Positions 46,654 to 56,042 of a stretch of DNA of 64,000 nucleotides are shown here, in pieces. Position 1 is the stretch's first letter. Every line of letters starts with the position of its first letter. The notes under the pieces were generated by a model. The model had not been told where the DNA came from, made no database searches, and worked only from the letters and a program-made list of their open reading frames with translations. Source of the stretch: an uncultured Chitinophagales bacterium (GTDB lineage: Bacteria > Bacteroidota > Rhodothermia > Balneolales > CAYWCV01). The DNA is taken from NCBI GenBank assembly GCA_964456845.1, contig CAYWCV010000001.1:116240-180239 (forward strand), read 5' to 3'. The position numbers and the translations under genes were made by a program.

Positions 46654-48249
46654 ATGAAGACGTTCAGGTGCCTCGTAGCTGTAATTGCCTTTTTAACAGC
46701 CATATCGACGATATCACAAGCCCAAATGGCCGACGCTCCACCACGTGCAGAAGGGGAGGGGCCCTTCAACAGGTTGATTATCCGTGGGGTGAACCTGATT
46801 GACGGAACCGGATCACCCGCACTTGGACCTGTCGACATCGTGATTGAAGGCAACAGGATCGTGTCGGTGAATACAGTTGGTTACCCGGGAGTACCAATAA
46901 ATCAAAACCGGCGTCCACAGGCCGGCACCAATGACAAAGTGATCGACGCAGAGGGTATGTATGCACTGCCAGGATTCTTCGACAACCATGCGCACACAGG
47001 CGGCGGGGCTCAGGGTACCAGTCCTGAATATGTGTACAAGCTATGGCTGGCCCACGGTATCACCACGATACGTGAGCCTGGATCTGGAAACGGACTCGAC
47101 TGGACCATCCGCCACAAGAAGCGCAGTGCAGCCAACGAAATCACCGCGCCACGGATATTTGCCTATTCGACTCTTGGGTCCGGCTTCAATCGTCCCGTCA
47201 ACACGGCAAACGACGCACGTGAGTGGGTTCGTAAAATCCACGCCGAGGGGGCCGACGGCATTAAGTTTTTCGGCGCAAACCCAGAGGTTTACAAAGCCTC
47301 GTTAGACGAGGCCAATAAGCTGGGACTTGGATCGATGACACACCATGCACAGACGCGCGTCGTCTACGCCAACGTGCTGCAGTCGGCCCGCTGGGGGCTC
47401 AAGAGCATGACGCATTGGTATGGCCTGCCGGAAGCCCTCTTTGAAGACCGAATTGTGCAGGATTATCCGCTCGACTACAACTACCAGGACGAGCAGCACC
47501 GTTTCGAGGAGGCCGGCAAGCTCTGGCGTCAGGCTGCCAAGCCTGGATCGGACCATTGGAATCGCGTGATGGACGAGCTGTTGGCATTAGATTTCACCAT
47601 CAACCCGACATTCACGATCTACGAGGCCAGCCGGGACCTGATGGCCCAACGTCGCGCCGAGTGGCACGAACGATACACGCTTCCATCGTTGTGGAGCTTC
47701 TTCAACCCGAACAGGGTTGCTCACGGTTCGTATTGGTTCAACTGGGGAACCGAGCAGGAGGTGGCTTGGAAGGAAAACTACCGCATCTGGATGCAGTTCG
47801 TAAACGAGTACAAGAATCGCGGCGGACGCGTGACCCTTGGCTCTGATGCCGGGTTCATCTACAAGATCTACGGGTTCGGATACATCCAGGAGATGGAGCT
47901 GTTCCGCGAGGCCGGATTCCACCCGTTGGAGATCTTTATGTCAGCGTCCCTTAAAGGTGCCGAAGAATTGGGTGTGGCCGATCAATTAGGGACCATCGAG
48001 CCGGGTAAACTGGCCGACATCGTGTTGGTCGATGCCAATCCAATGCAAAATCTGAAGGTTCTGTATGGGACAGGTGCCATCAAAGTGAACGAGAACAATG
48101 AAGCCGTGCGCTATGGCGGCATCAAGTACACCATCAAAGACGGCATCGTGTTCGACGCCCAGCAGCTGCTTCGCGACGTCGAGGCCATCGTTGCCAAGGC
48201 AAAGGCGGACTCCGGCGCGAAGATAACGCAACCCGGGTTAGGTTATTAA
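46654..48249 (+). CDS. secreted amidohydrolase-family metallohydrolase
   Basis: 531 aa. Signal MKTFRCLVAVIAFLTAISTISQAQ. Amidohydrolase motifs PGFFDNHAH near the N-terminus and LGTIEPGKLADIVLVDANP near the C-terminus. Substrate is unknown. Confidence 0.8.
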   Translation: MKTFRCLVAVIAFLTAISTISQAQMADAPPRAEGEGPFNRLIIRGVNLIDGTGSPALGPVDIVIEGNRIVSVNTVGYPGVPINQNRRPQAGTNDKVIDAEGMYALPGFFDNHAHTGGGAQGTSPEYVYKLWLAHGITTIREPGSGNGLDWTIRHKKRSAANEITAPRIFAYSTLGSGFNRPVNTANDAREWVRKIHAEGADGIKFFGANPEVYKASLDEANKLGLGSMTHHAQTRVVYANVLQSARWGLKSMTHWYGLPEALFEDRIVQDYPLDYNYQDEQHRFEEAGKLWRQAAKPGSDHWNRVMDELLALDFTINPTFTIYEASRDLMAQRRAEWHERYTLPSLWSFFNPNRVAHGSYWFNWGTEQEVAWKENYRIWMQFVNEYKNRGGRVTLGSDAGFIYKIYGFGYIQEMELFREAGFHPLEIFMSASLKGAEELGVADQLGTIEPGKLADIVLVDANPMQNLKVLYGTGAIKVNENNEAVRYGGIKYTIKDGIVFDAQQLLRDVEAIVAKAKADSGAKITQPGLGY

Positions 48250-48306
48250 CAGGATCGTACAACCACAAAAAACACACTAAAACCAGAAATTAAGAACCAC
48301 AGATAG

Positions 48307-48439
48307 CACTGATGACACAGATGTTTTATGAGTTCAAAATATCTGTGATATCTATGGCTCAGCTTTATTTTAACTGCTTTCCAGCAGCTCAGTGAATTTC
48401 GAAGTTTAGATGCTTTCTGCTTTTCCTGTGTTATCAGTG
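48307..48439 (+). repeat. 14-bp inverted repeat pair CACTGATGACACAG / CTGTGTTATCAGTG separated by 105 nt
   Basis: 13 Watson-Crick pairs plus one G-T position, checked base by base (48307-48320 against 48426-48439). The left arm overlaps the left arm of the 48316-48347 hairpin. Confidence 0.6.
48316..48347 (+). terminator. 12-bp stem / 8-nt loop hairpin 67 nt downstream of the amidohydrolase stop (candidate terminator or sRNA element)
   Basis: CACAGATGTTTT pairs with AAAATATCTGTG: 11 Watson-Crick pairs plus one G-U that is valid only in plus-sense RNA. No clear U tract follows. Confidence 0.35.
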
Positions 48440-48541
48440 ATTATATCAAATCGGTTCAATAGCCTTACAGCAGGGGAGAATTATTGAGTGATTGCTAATC
48501 ATAATAGGCTCACTCTGGCATTTCAGATAATTTATTACTTT

Positions 48542-48559
48542 ACATAATATATATTATGT
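48542..48559. repeat. perfect 18-bp palindrome ACATAATATATATTATGT
   Basis: Self-complementary at all 9 pairs. It lies 77-94 nt downstream of the SNF transporter stop, inside an AT-rich intergenic region. Confidence 0.6.
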
Positions 48560-48635
48560 GACATTCATGAATTGCCTATAGTTGCGTTACGGCCCAAAAT
48601 GCCTAAGCGAGACCTGCTGTCATCGCCTGAGCAGA

Positions 48636-50138
48636 TTACCAACGCATGTAGTTCGTCCTTCTTGCAATCTGCTTATTGAACATAACCAGTAACACTATCA
48701 AGATTCCAATCTGCCCAAATACAGTTGCAACAGAGTACGGATCGAATGGATTGTACCATGTATCGGGTGCAAATTGCGTCGCGCTCCTCCAAATCCACCA
48801 AGAGAAAAGGATAACGACCTGAACCGGCACAAGTTTGCCGATGATAATATCCCACCATTTGCCGAGTCTCATGTCGTCGGCATCCGTGTTGACCAAGGTG
48901 GTTCGAAATGCTGGCAGGCCATATTTAATGACCGTATATGCAATGAAAGCTCCTGATATGATCAGTGCCAATCCCCACACAAAGTCTTGGTTGGCAAAGA
49001 AATTCAAGTTAGTGGCCGACGGAATCCCAATAAGGAAACCCACGGCTCCGACCGACCACGCAGCAACCGTGCGATTTACCCCCATATCTACGAAGATCCT
49101 CGTAGTTAGTGCGATCATCGACATGAGCGATGTGAATGCTGCAAACGACAGACCTAAAAAGAAAATGCCGGCAAATACTTGTCCCGCAGGTATTTCGAAG
49201 AACAGTTGAGGCATCCAGATGAAGGTTAATCCAGTCGAAGCGGGTCCCGACGTCTTCATGACATCGAGAATCTCAGAATTCGACATCGATGCCCCCAATG
49301 TGCCAAAAACCGTCGAAAAGATGATGACGGCAGCCATCAGCGATATCATATTGTTGCCGATACCCGTGATAAATGCGCTTCTGGTCACAGATTCGGTCTT
49401 TTTCATGTAGGCTGCATACGTCAAGATAAGCCCCCACCCTGCCCCGGTGTCCCAGGCGTTCTGAGTGAGCGCCTCAAGCCAAATGGTCGGATTCGTGAGT
49501 GTCGACCAGTCGGGCGTGAACAGATATTGAATACCTGCGTAGCTTCCTTCGAGCGTGACTGCGCGCACGAGACTGATGAGCACGATCACGACCAACGAAG
49601 GAATAAGGATCTTGCTGAGCGTCTCAATGAACCTGATACCTTTCCAAACCACGAACGCTCCGCCGAAAATGGCTGTCGCATGCAGAATAAGGGGCCAAGA
49701 GCTGCCTTGGAAGTCGTCCCACAATGCAGTTGAGGCGACTATGTCGGTTGGCAGGCCACCGCTTACGGTCACTCCAAAATAATAGAAGCACCAACCGGTG
49801 ACAACGCTGTAATAGAACATGATGGCCATTGCGACAAACCCTACGAATCCGCCCATCCAAGCAAATTTCTCCCCAAGGATGGTCATGATCGACCCGACGG
49901 TGCCTCGGCGGCCGTGTCTTCCGATGGCGTACTCAGCAATGATGAGCGGAATGCTCCAAATCAGGAGGAATACGATCCATGCCACCAGGAAGGCGCCAGC
50001 TCCGTCATCGCCTCCGTTCTGTGCAGCAATACGCGGGAACCTCCAAATATTCCCCGTTCCAACCGCTATCCCCAACACGCTCAACAATAAGCCTAAACGT
50101 GTCGCAAATCCTTCGTGCTGATCATGTTTATCTGCCAT
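48636..50138 (-). CDS. sodium-dependent transporter (neurotransmitter:sodium symporter / SNF family)
   Basis: About 500 aa. N-terminal LGIAVGTGNIWRFPRIAAQNGG is the NSS signature. About 11-12 TM helices. I prefer the ATG at 50138 over the TTG at 50150. Confidence 0.88.
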   Translation of the reverse strand: MADKHDQHEGFATRLGLLLSVLGIAVGTGNIWRFPRIAAQNGGDDGAGAFLVAWIVFLLIWSIPLIIAEYAIGRHGRRGTVGSIMTILGEKFAWMGGFVGFVAMAIMFYYSVVTGWCFYYFGVTVSGGLPTDIVASTALWDDFQGSSWPLILHATAIFGGAFVVWKGIRFIETLSKILIPSLVVIVLISLVRAVTLEGSYAGIQYLFTPDWSTLTNPTIWLEALTQNAWDTGAGWGLILTYAAYMKKTESVTRSAFITGIGNNMISLMAAVIIFSTVFGTLGASMSNSEILDVMKTSGPASTGLTFIWMPQLFFEIPAGQVFAGIFFLGLSFAAFTSLMSMIALTTRIFVDMGVNRTVAAWSVGAVGFLIGIPSATNLNFFANQDFVWGLALIISGAFIAYTVIKYGLPAFRTTLVNTDADDMRLGKWWDIIIGKLVPVQVVILFSWWIWRSATQFAPDTWYNPFDPYSVATVFGQIGILIVLLVMFNKQIARRTNYMRW

Positions 50139-50168
50139 GGCAACAATCAATTAAGTGCTTGCGTTAAA

Positions 50169-50213
50169 TCTGACGACCACCGAACGAACGGAATATAGAA
50201 TCTTGTCGTCAGA
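50169..50213. promoter_or_regulatory. perfect 9-bp inverted repeat TCTGACGAC-N27-GTCGTCAGA in the SNF-transporter / DUF2723 divergent region
   Basis: Exact reverse complements (50169-50177 and 50205-50213), 31-75 nt upstream of the transporter start codon. Function is unknown. Confidence 0.35.
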
Positions 50214-50374
50214 ATACCATCGATTAAATTTCGCATGGTCACCGTGGTCATTATCTGTGAAAAATCATCCGAATCCCGTAAGTTAGTGGTTTCTTTTGAC
50301 CTATCTTGTCGTGGCAAATAGCGATATTTAGCCCATCTTGACGGGATAAACGGCCAAGTGTAATTACCCCAAAA

Positions 50375-53300
50375 ATGAATTTTACAACACACGCATCTCG
50401 GAACAGGCTGTTTGCCATCCTTGTATTCCTGTACTCGTTTGTCATCTACCTGCTCACGTTAGCTCCGACGGCCAGCTTCTGGGATTCGGGCGAGTTCATC
50501 GCCGTTGCCCACGGCCTTCAGGTTACACATCCACCCGGAGCGCCTTTGTATCTGCTCATTGGTCGCCTGTTCTCCATGTTTGCCGGGCCCGAGTGGGTTT
50601 CTTGGAGCGTCAACCTGCTCAGCGCAGTTGCGTCGGCCCTAACTGTCATGCTTCTGTATTTGATCGTAGTGCGTCTGGTGCGCGAGTGGCTCCCCAGCGA
50701 CACTTCGAAATGGTCGATCGGCGACTGCATCGGCATGTATGGAGGTGCCATCATCGGCGCGGCGACCTTCGCCGTCACCGACTCATTCTGGTTTAACGCG
50801 GTGGAAGCAGAGGTCTACGCCCTGTCAATGTTCTTCACAGCCATAGCCGTTTGGCTGGCACTCAAATGGAGCGAGGTTCACGACCAGCCCGGCAACGAAC
50901 GCTGGCTGGTGCTCATAGCCTACATGTTCGGGCTGGCGATGGGAGTACACTTGCTCAACCTGCTGGTGATCTTTTTTGTGGCGTTGATCGTCTATTTCAA
51001 AAAGTACGATTTCAGCATTATATCGTTGGGAATTGCAGCTGTGCTTGCTTCTGCCAGTTTCTTGCTGATTTATCCGTTCACGATGAAGTCGATAGCTGCA
51101 ATGGCCCTGTCCGTATATGAGGCCACCTTTGGATTCATCCATCCGATAGTGTTCTTCGCACTCATCGGGGTATTGGTCATTGGCGGAATTCTCTACACGC
51201 AGAAGATGGGTTACAAATTTGCAAACATCTTCCTGATCAGCTATTTCATGATATTGATTGGCTTTTCGAGCTATTCGCTGGTTATCATCCGATCAATAGC
51301 CGACCCACCCATCGACGAGAACGATCCTGAGACTGTCGAGGCCTTCATTAAGTACATCAACCGCGACCAGTATGGAGACACCCCGATCTTCGTCGGATAT
51401 TCGTACGACAACGAAATTGGCGGCTTAGACCGTAGCGCCGAAAAGCTGTTTCCGAGACGCCATTCGTCCGATCCTCGGCACCAGCAGGTTTATGCCGATT
51501 ATTCGAGCGACTGGAGCTTCTTTTGGGGATATCAGGTGTACCACATGTACGTGAGGTATTTCAATTGGCAATTCATCGGCCGAGAATCAGATATTCAGGA
51601 TACCGGGACTGCCACCGGTTTTGGGGAGAGTGACTACAAAGACAACCACGCCCACAACGTCTACTATTTCCTGCCGTTTCTTCTAGGTCTGTTCGGTATG
51701 CTCTACCATTTCCAGAAAGATTGGAAACGGGCATTTTCGGTATTGGCGTTATTCTTGATGACAGGATTCTTCATTCTGCTGTACCTCAACCAGACGCCGT
51801 TTCAGCCACGCGAGCGCGACTACTCGTATGTTGGATCCTTCTTTGCATTCGCCATTTGGATCGGCATAGGTGCCACAGCGCTCATTGACTGGATGCGTCA
51901 AGCTGGAAAGGAAAATGCGCCGGCCATGTACGGTGTGATCGGGGTCGCATTTGCCGCAGTTCCTGCATGGATGACATACCAAAATTACCACGACCATGAC
52001 CGTAGCGGGAATTATGCGGCACCTGACTATGCCTGGAACCTGCTGCAATCGGTAGCCCCATATGGAGTGCTTTTCACGAACGGCGACAACGATACATTTC
52101 CTCTGTGGTATGCCCAGGAGGTTGAAGGTGTTCGTACCGACGTGCGTGTTGCCAACCTGAGCCTTCTGAATACCGACTGGTACATCCGTCAGCTGAAGAA
52201 CCAATGGTCGCACGAATCGCCCCCTATCAAGTTCGCTGTGACCGACGAGCAGATTGGCCGTCTTGAGGAAAAATTCAGCTCGCAACGTGCCGAAGACTGG
52301 TGGACCCCACAGACGGTTGTGATTCCTGTGGACAAAGATCTATTGCGCGGCAAAATCGAGAACCCCGAAAATACGAAGCAATGGTTTGCACTCGACAGCA
52401 AATCGCCGCTCAACCCCGACGCTGGTCTTCCCACCTTCAACGAAATGGCCTTCGACATTCCGGTCGATTCACTCGACGATCAAATCGACTGGTTCTATCA
52501 AGGGAATTTCCTTGGCCGTTTCCAAGACCAGGAGATCTATTACACGCGCATACAGGACGACATGGTGATGGACATCCTGAAATCGAACGACTGGATCCGC
52601 CCGGTCTACTTTGCTGTGACCGTTTCGCGCGACGGGCAAATCGGCCTTCAAAACTACTTCCGTACCGAGGGCCAGGCTTATCGGGTGGTACCTAAAAAGG
52701 GAGAGGGTCCAACCCAGAGCCTGAATCCTGTTACGCACGGACAAAGGCTCCGCACCTTCCGTTTCCGCAACCTCGACAACCCGGATGTCTATTACGACGA
52801 GAATGTGCGCCGTATGACAGAGAACTACCGTGAACTCATCACCAACCAAGCGATGGCTTGGTACAGGTTGGGTGATCGAGACAGTGCTGCATACTGGCTT
52901 CGCTGGGGCGAGGAGAAGATCCCGTTCGACGTGATCGAATCTGACATTGGAAGCACGATCCGTTATGCTTACAGGTTTGCTCAGGTTGGCGAGCTCGACG
53001 ACGCTACCCGCCTGGCCGACCGGTCCATGCCGAAGGCGGAGCAGGCGCTACGCCGCGCCATGCGCTCCTTCAACAACTATGCTGACCGTATCGACGAATT
53101 GCGCCAACAGGCGAACGATGCCCGAGCAAAAGGCGACTTGGCAAAGGCACGAAGTTTGGCGGCACAAAGCGAGGTTTTGGTGCAAAACATCGAGAACTAC
53201 CGGCGTGAACTTTATTTCAACGCTGGCAACTTTGCATTGCTTCAAAACATCTATTACAAGGCGGGAAATGCAACGAAAGCTGAAGAAGTGCGTATGATTA

Positions 53301-53386
53301 CTGAGATGATCTCCGAGGGGCTGATCCCTCTGCCATCAACTCCGGCGGAGAGCGACGAACAAGTACGAAGCATGTATGGTGAATAG
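50375..53386 (+). CDS. DUF2723 (GT117 / TMEM260-like) large membrane glycosyltransferase-family protein
   Basis: 1003 aa. The N-terminus FWDSGEFIAVAHGLQVTHPPGAPLY is characteristic of DUF2723. Many TM helices are followed by a large soluble C-terminal half with TPR-like helices. Confidence 0.8.
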   Translation: MNFTTHASRNRLFAILVFLYSFVIYLLTLAPTASFWDSGEFIAVAHGLQVTHPPGAPLYLLIGRLFSMFAGPEWVSWSVNLLSAVASALTVMLLYLIVVRLVREWLPSDTSKWSIGDCIGMYGGAIIGAATFAVTDSFWFNAVEAEVYALSMFFTAIAVWLALKWSEVHDQPGNERWLVLIAYMFGLAMGVHLLNLLVIFFVALIVYFKKYDFSIISLGIAAVLASASFLLIYPFTMKSIAAMALSVYEATFGFIHPIVFFALIGVLVIGGILYTQKMGYKFANIFLISYFMILIGFSSYSLVIIRSIADPPIDENDPETVEAFIKYINRDQYGDTPIFVGYSYDNEIGGLDRSAEKLFPRRHSSDPRHQQVYADYSSDWSFFWGYQVYHMYVRYFNWQFIGRESDIQDTGTATGFGESDYKDNHAHNVYYFLPFLLGLFGMLYHFQKDWKRAFSVLALFLMTGFFILLYLNQTPFQPRERDYSYVGSFFAFAIWIGIGATALIDWMRQAGKENAPAMYGVIGVAFAAVPAWMTYQNYHDHDRSGNYAAPDYAWNLLQSVAPYGVLFTNGDNDTFPLWYAQEVEGVRTDVRVANLSLLNTDWYIRQLKNQWSHESPPIKFAVTDEQIGRLEEKFSSQRAEDWWTPQTVVIPVDKDLLRGKIENPENTKQWFALDSKSPLNPDAGLPTFNEMAFDIPVDSLDDQIDWFYQGNFLGRFQDQEIYYTRIQDDMVMDILKSNDWIRPVYFAVTVSRDGQIGLQNYFRTEGQAYRVVPKKGEGPTQSLNPVTHGQRLRTFRFRNLDNPDVYYDENVRRMTENYRELITNQAMAWYRLGDRDSAAYWLRWGEEKIPFDVIESDIGSTIRYAYRFAQVGELDDATRLADRSMPKAEQALRRAMRSFNNYADRIDELRQQANDARAKGDLAKARSLAAQSEVLVQNIENYRRELYFNAGNFALLQNIYYKAGNATKAEEVRMITEMISEGLIPLPSTPAESDEQVRSMYGE

Positions 53387-53470
53387 AAATGCATTCAACC
53401 CATATTTGAATAGACTACTTTCAAATCGTACATTGTAAAAGTAATCCGATAACAAACCACCCAAGGTCAA

Positions 53471-53929
53471 ATGATCCAGGATTTCAGCATCGAAAACATA
53501 GATGCCGTAGCCGAAGTGCTGGGGGCGAAAACGAAGCGCATAGGCAACATGGTCAGGCTTGAAGTCGAGTCGGTTGGCGGTGCCAGTAAAGTTGCAGCGG
53601 AGTTCTATTTCGATCTCATGGTCAACGGTGAACCCATTAACATGGTAAGCGTCTATTCGCACAATACATTTCTTCAACTACATAACTGCAACGGATTTCT
53701 GGCAAGTGATCTGTTGAATCAGGTCACGTTCTTCGGCAGAACCAACGACAACATCTCCGGTTTGATCATTGACCGCGAGGCAAGTTGCAGTTTCTACGCA
53801 AATGTTGGTATTCACCTCCTTAATTGTGATTTCACAACACTGCCAACCGAAGTCATGATGTGCAGCATCGCCCTCTCCTTGACCGATGCCGACACGTTCG
53901 ATCTCGACGGTTTTCAATTTGACGAATAA
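53471..53929 (+). CDS. hypothetical protein
   Basis: 152 aa with no signal peptide and no recognisable motif. It ends 6 nt before the ybeY start. Confidence 0.5.
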   Translation: MIQDFSIENIDAVAEVLGAKTKRIGNMVRLEVESVGGASKVAAEFYFDLMVNGEPINMVSVYSHNTFLQLHNCNGFLASDLLNQVTFFGRTNDNISGLIIDREASCSFYANVGIHLLNCDFTTLPTEVMMCSIALSLTDADTFDLDGFQFDE

Positions 53930-53935
53930 TAACTG

Positions 53936-54403
53936 ATGGCGTCCGAACAACCCGACTATTTACCTTCATACGATTCGATACAACTGTTTAACACAACTGA
54001 TGAGAGTCTGCCAATCAACCAGTCGCAATTGCAGAGGTTGGCACACTTGACCGCAGACAAACAAAAGGTAGCTTTTGAAATGGTTGAGGTGGTTTATGTG
54101 GACGCCGAAACTATCGTCGAAATTAACAAAACCTACCTCGGGCGAGACTACATTACCGACATCATCACATTTCGCCTCGACGAAGGCGACCTTATGGCCA
54201 TCGAAGGCACGATTTACTGCTGTGTGGCTCGCATCAAGGAACAGGCTGGCGAGCTGGAACAACACGAGGCCACCGAATTTGCCCGAATTGCCGTACACGG
54301 ATTCTTGCACCTCACAGGTATGGACGACCAGAACCCTGCTGACAAGGTTGCCATGACCGAGGCTGAAGACGAAATACTAACCATCTGGAATTTTACAACA
54401 TGA
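53936..54403 (+). CDS. ybeY: rRNA maturation RNase YbeY
   Basis: 155 aa containing the zinc motif HGFLHLTGMDD (HxxxHxxxxxH-type). Confidence 0.9.
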   Translation: MASEQPDYLPSYDSIQLFNTTDESLPINQSQLQRLAHLTADKQKVAFEMVEVVYVDAETIVEINKTYLGRDYITDIITFRLDEGDLMAIEGTIYCCVARIKEQAGELEQHEATEFARIAVHGFLHLTGMDDQNPADKVAMTEAEDEILTIWNFTT

Positions 54404-54843
54404 GCAGCTCGTACATACTAGATCTCATCGTCAAAATTGTGCATCATGTCCAGTTGGGTAAATCGCTCAATGAATTCGACCCAGCCGATATGAATAACGG
54501 CCACAGATACAATTCTTCCGAGCTAAGTGCTGCGTATTCATGGGTGCTTCAGCATGGTGCAGAGTTGAAGGTTCGCAGGCAAAAACAAGTCCCCCGTGTG
54601 CTTCATATAGCGGAGCGTATGGTCTTCAGCAAGGAAGCATGGGGATGGATTCTTGAGCTACAGAGCCTGGGTTTGATCGACCACAATGGTATAGAGCGGA
54701 TCATTGAGCGCATCATGATGCAGTATCATGGCAAGGTTACGCTCAATATGGTCAAAGAAATTGTAGAGCCATTCCTGCTCGACGGCGATCGCCAAAACGA
54801 CAATGCATCAACGGGACTAAAGGGCAACGAATCTATTAATTGA
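54400..54843 (+). CDS. DUF494 (Smg-like) family protein, tentative
   Basis: 147 aa with a 4-nt overlap onto ybeY. By-eye collinearity with E. coli Smg (ILDLIVKIVH / LSAAYSWV / WGWILELQSLGLID..IERIIERIM). Not verified by HMM. Confidence 0.45.
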   Translation: MSSSYILDLIVKIVHHVQLGKSLNEFDPADMNNGHRYNSSELSAAYSWVLQHGAELKVRRQKQVPRVLHIAERMVFSKEAWGWILELQSLGLIDHNGIERIIERIMMQYHGKVTLNMVKEIVEPFLLDGDRQNDNASTGLKGNESIN

Positions 54844-54880
54844 GTCCACCGTACAAAGGTTCGTAACTCTGCCCATTGAG

Positions 54881-56041
54881 ATGCAACCAGAAATCGAACC
54901 ACATATCACAGACATTGAGGATTCAAGGCCTCGAGATGCGACAAAAGCATTCGGATACAGGCTATGGGACCTGATCCGCAAGTATTCCACAAAATCGTCA
55001 ATCATTGACGACAAACCCAAAATTGACAGGCAACGCCCGGATCTTAAGCCTATAACGCGCACTTGGGTTCTCAAACTTTTACAGCTCTTCCCATATGTGC
55101 TGATCGTTGTCTTTTCCGTCTCATTCGTATGGGACTTCCCTGGAGTATCGGCTGTAATCTTTGGACATAACATTCTCTTTGAGGGCATACTGAGAATTAT
55201 GAGTGTCAGCGGCTTGATTGGTTATGGTACTAATTGGCTCGCCATTACGATGCTTTTCCGGCCAGAAGAACGGCATCCACTACTCGGACATGGTCTAATA
55301 CCCTCGCAGAAACAAGTCATAGCCTTCCGACTCGCGCAGGCAGTATCCACCGATTTGATCAATCCCGATTTGATCAAGCAGAAGATTGCTGATGCGAATT
55401 TGATTCCAATATTCCGCGATAAAGCCATAGGCTGGTTACGTGGCATTACAGACGATGCCGAATTTCGCGATGAACTTAAAAACATCACCGTCGAATACAT
55501 GCATGACCTGGTGGCCGACCCCGTTGTCAGGTCGTCGTTGGCCGCAAACATCATACGGACCCTCGAGCAAAGCATGGCCTCAAAGAAGCTGGAGAAATTG
55601 GCGCTTCAGACCTATCTGATGGTCAGGGGCAACGAAGCCCAAGAAATTGTGGAACAGGCCATTGCTCGATTACCCGAGAACATCGAGCGCATGCTCGACA
55701 AGGTTGACCATGCGTTGGATGAGCTCCCCGCAAAACTTGAGGAGAAGTCCGACCAAATTGAATCCATAATGACCCAGACATTGTACCGATTGATCAACCA
55801 GCTCGACGTGCATACACTGATCGAGGAGAATATCAATCGTTTTGAGGAACAGCGGCTCGAGAAGATGATAAAGGGTGCAACGAACGAGCAGCTGCGGTAC
55901 ATTCAATACCTTGGTGCTGTGCTCGGTACGATTGGCGGCTTGGTGATCTGGTCTCCCCTTCTCGCGTTGGCCATCTTAGGAGCGACGATCGCGCTTATTG
56001 TCGGTGTAGATTACGTGCTGATGAGGCTGAAACGCAGGTAA
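54881..56041 (+). CDS. DUF445 family membrane-associated protein
   Basis: 386 aa. YGTNWLAITMLFRPEE...LIPSQK and the C-terminal LRYIQYLGAVLGTIGGL resemble DUF445 (YheB-like). Confidence 0.65.
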   Translation: MQPEIEPHITDIEDSRPRDATKAFGYRLWDLIRKYSTKSSIIDDKPKIDRQRPDLKPITRTWVLKLLQLFPYVLIVVFSVSFVWDFPGVSAVIFGHNILFEGILRIMSVSGLIGYGTNWLAITMLFRPEERHPLLGHGLIPSQKQVIAFRLAQAVSTDLINPDLIKQKIADANLIPIFRDKAIGWLRGITDDAEFRDELKNITVEYMHDLVADPVVRSSLAANIIRTLEQSMASKKLEKLALQTYLMVRGNEAQEIVEQAIARLPENIERMLDKVDHALDELPAKLEEKSDQIESIMTQTLYRLINQLDVHTLIEENINRFEEQRLEKMIKGATNEQLRYIQYLGAVLGTIGGLVIWSPLLALAILGATIALIVGVDYVLMRLKRR

Positions 56042-56042
56042 T

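Noticed and set aside
48312-48395. 27-codon ORF inside the AT-rich convergent spacer, considered as a type I toxin-like peptide
   Set aside because: It has no convincing TM helix, no recognisable ribosome-binding context and no visible cognate antisense promoter. I mention it under the intergenic finding but do not call it a gene.
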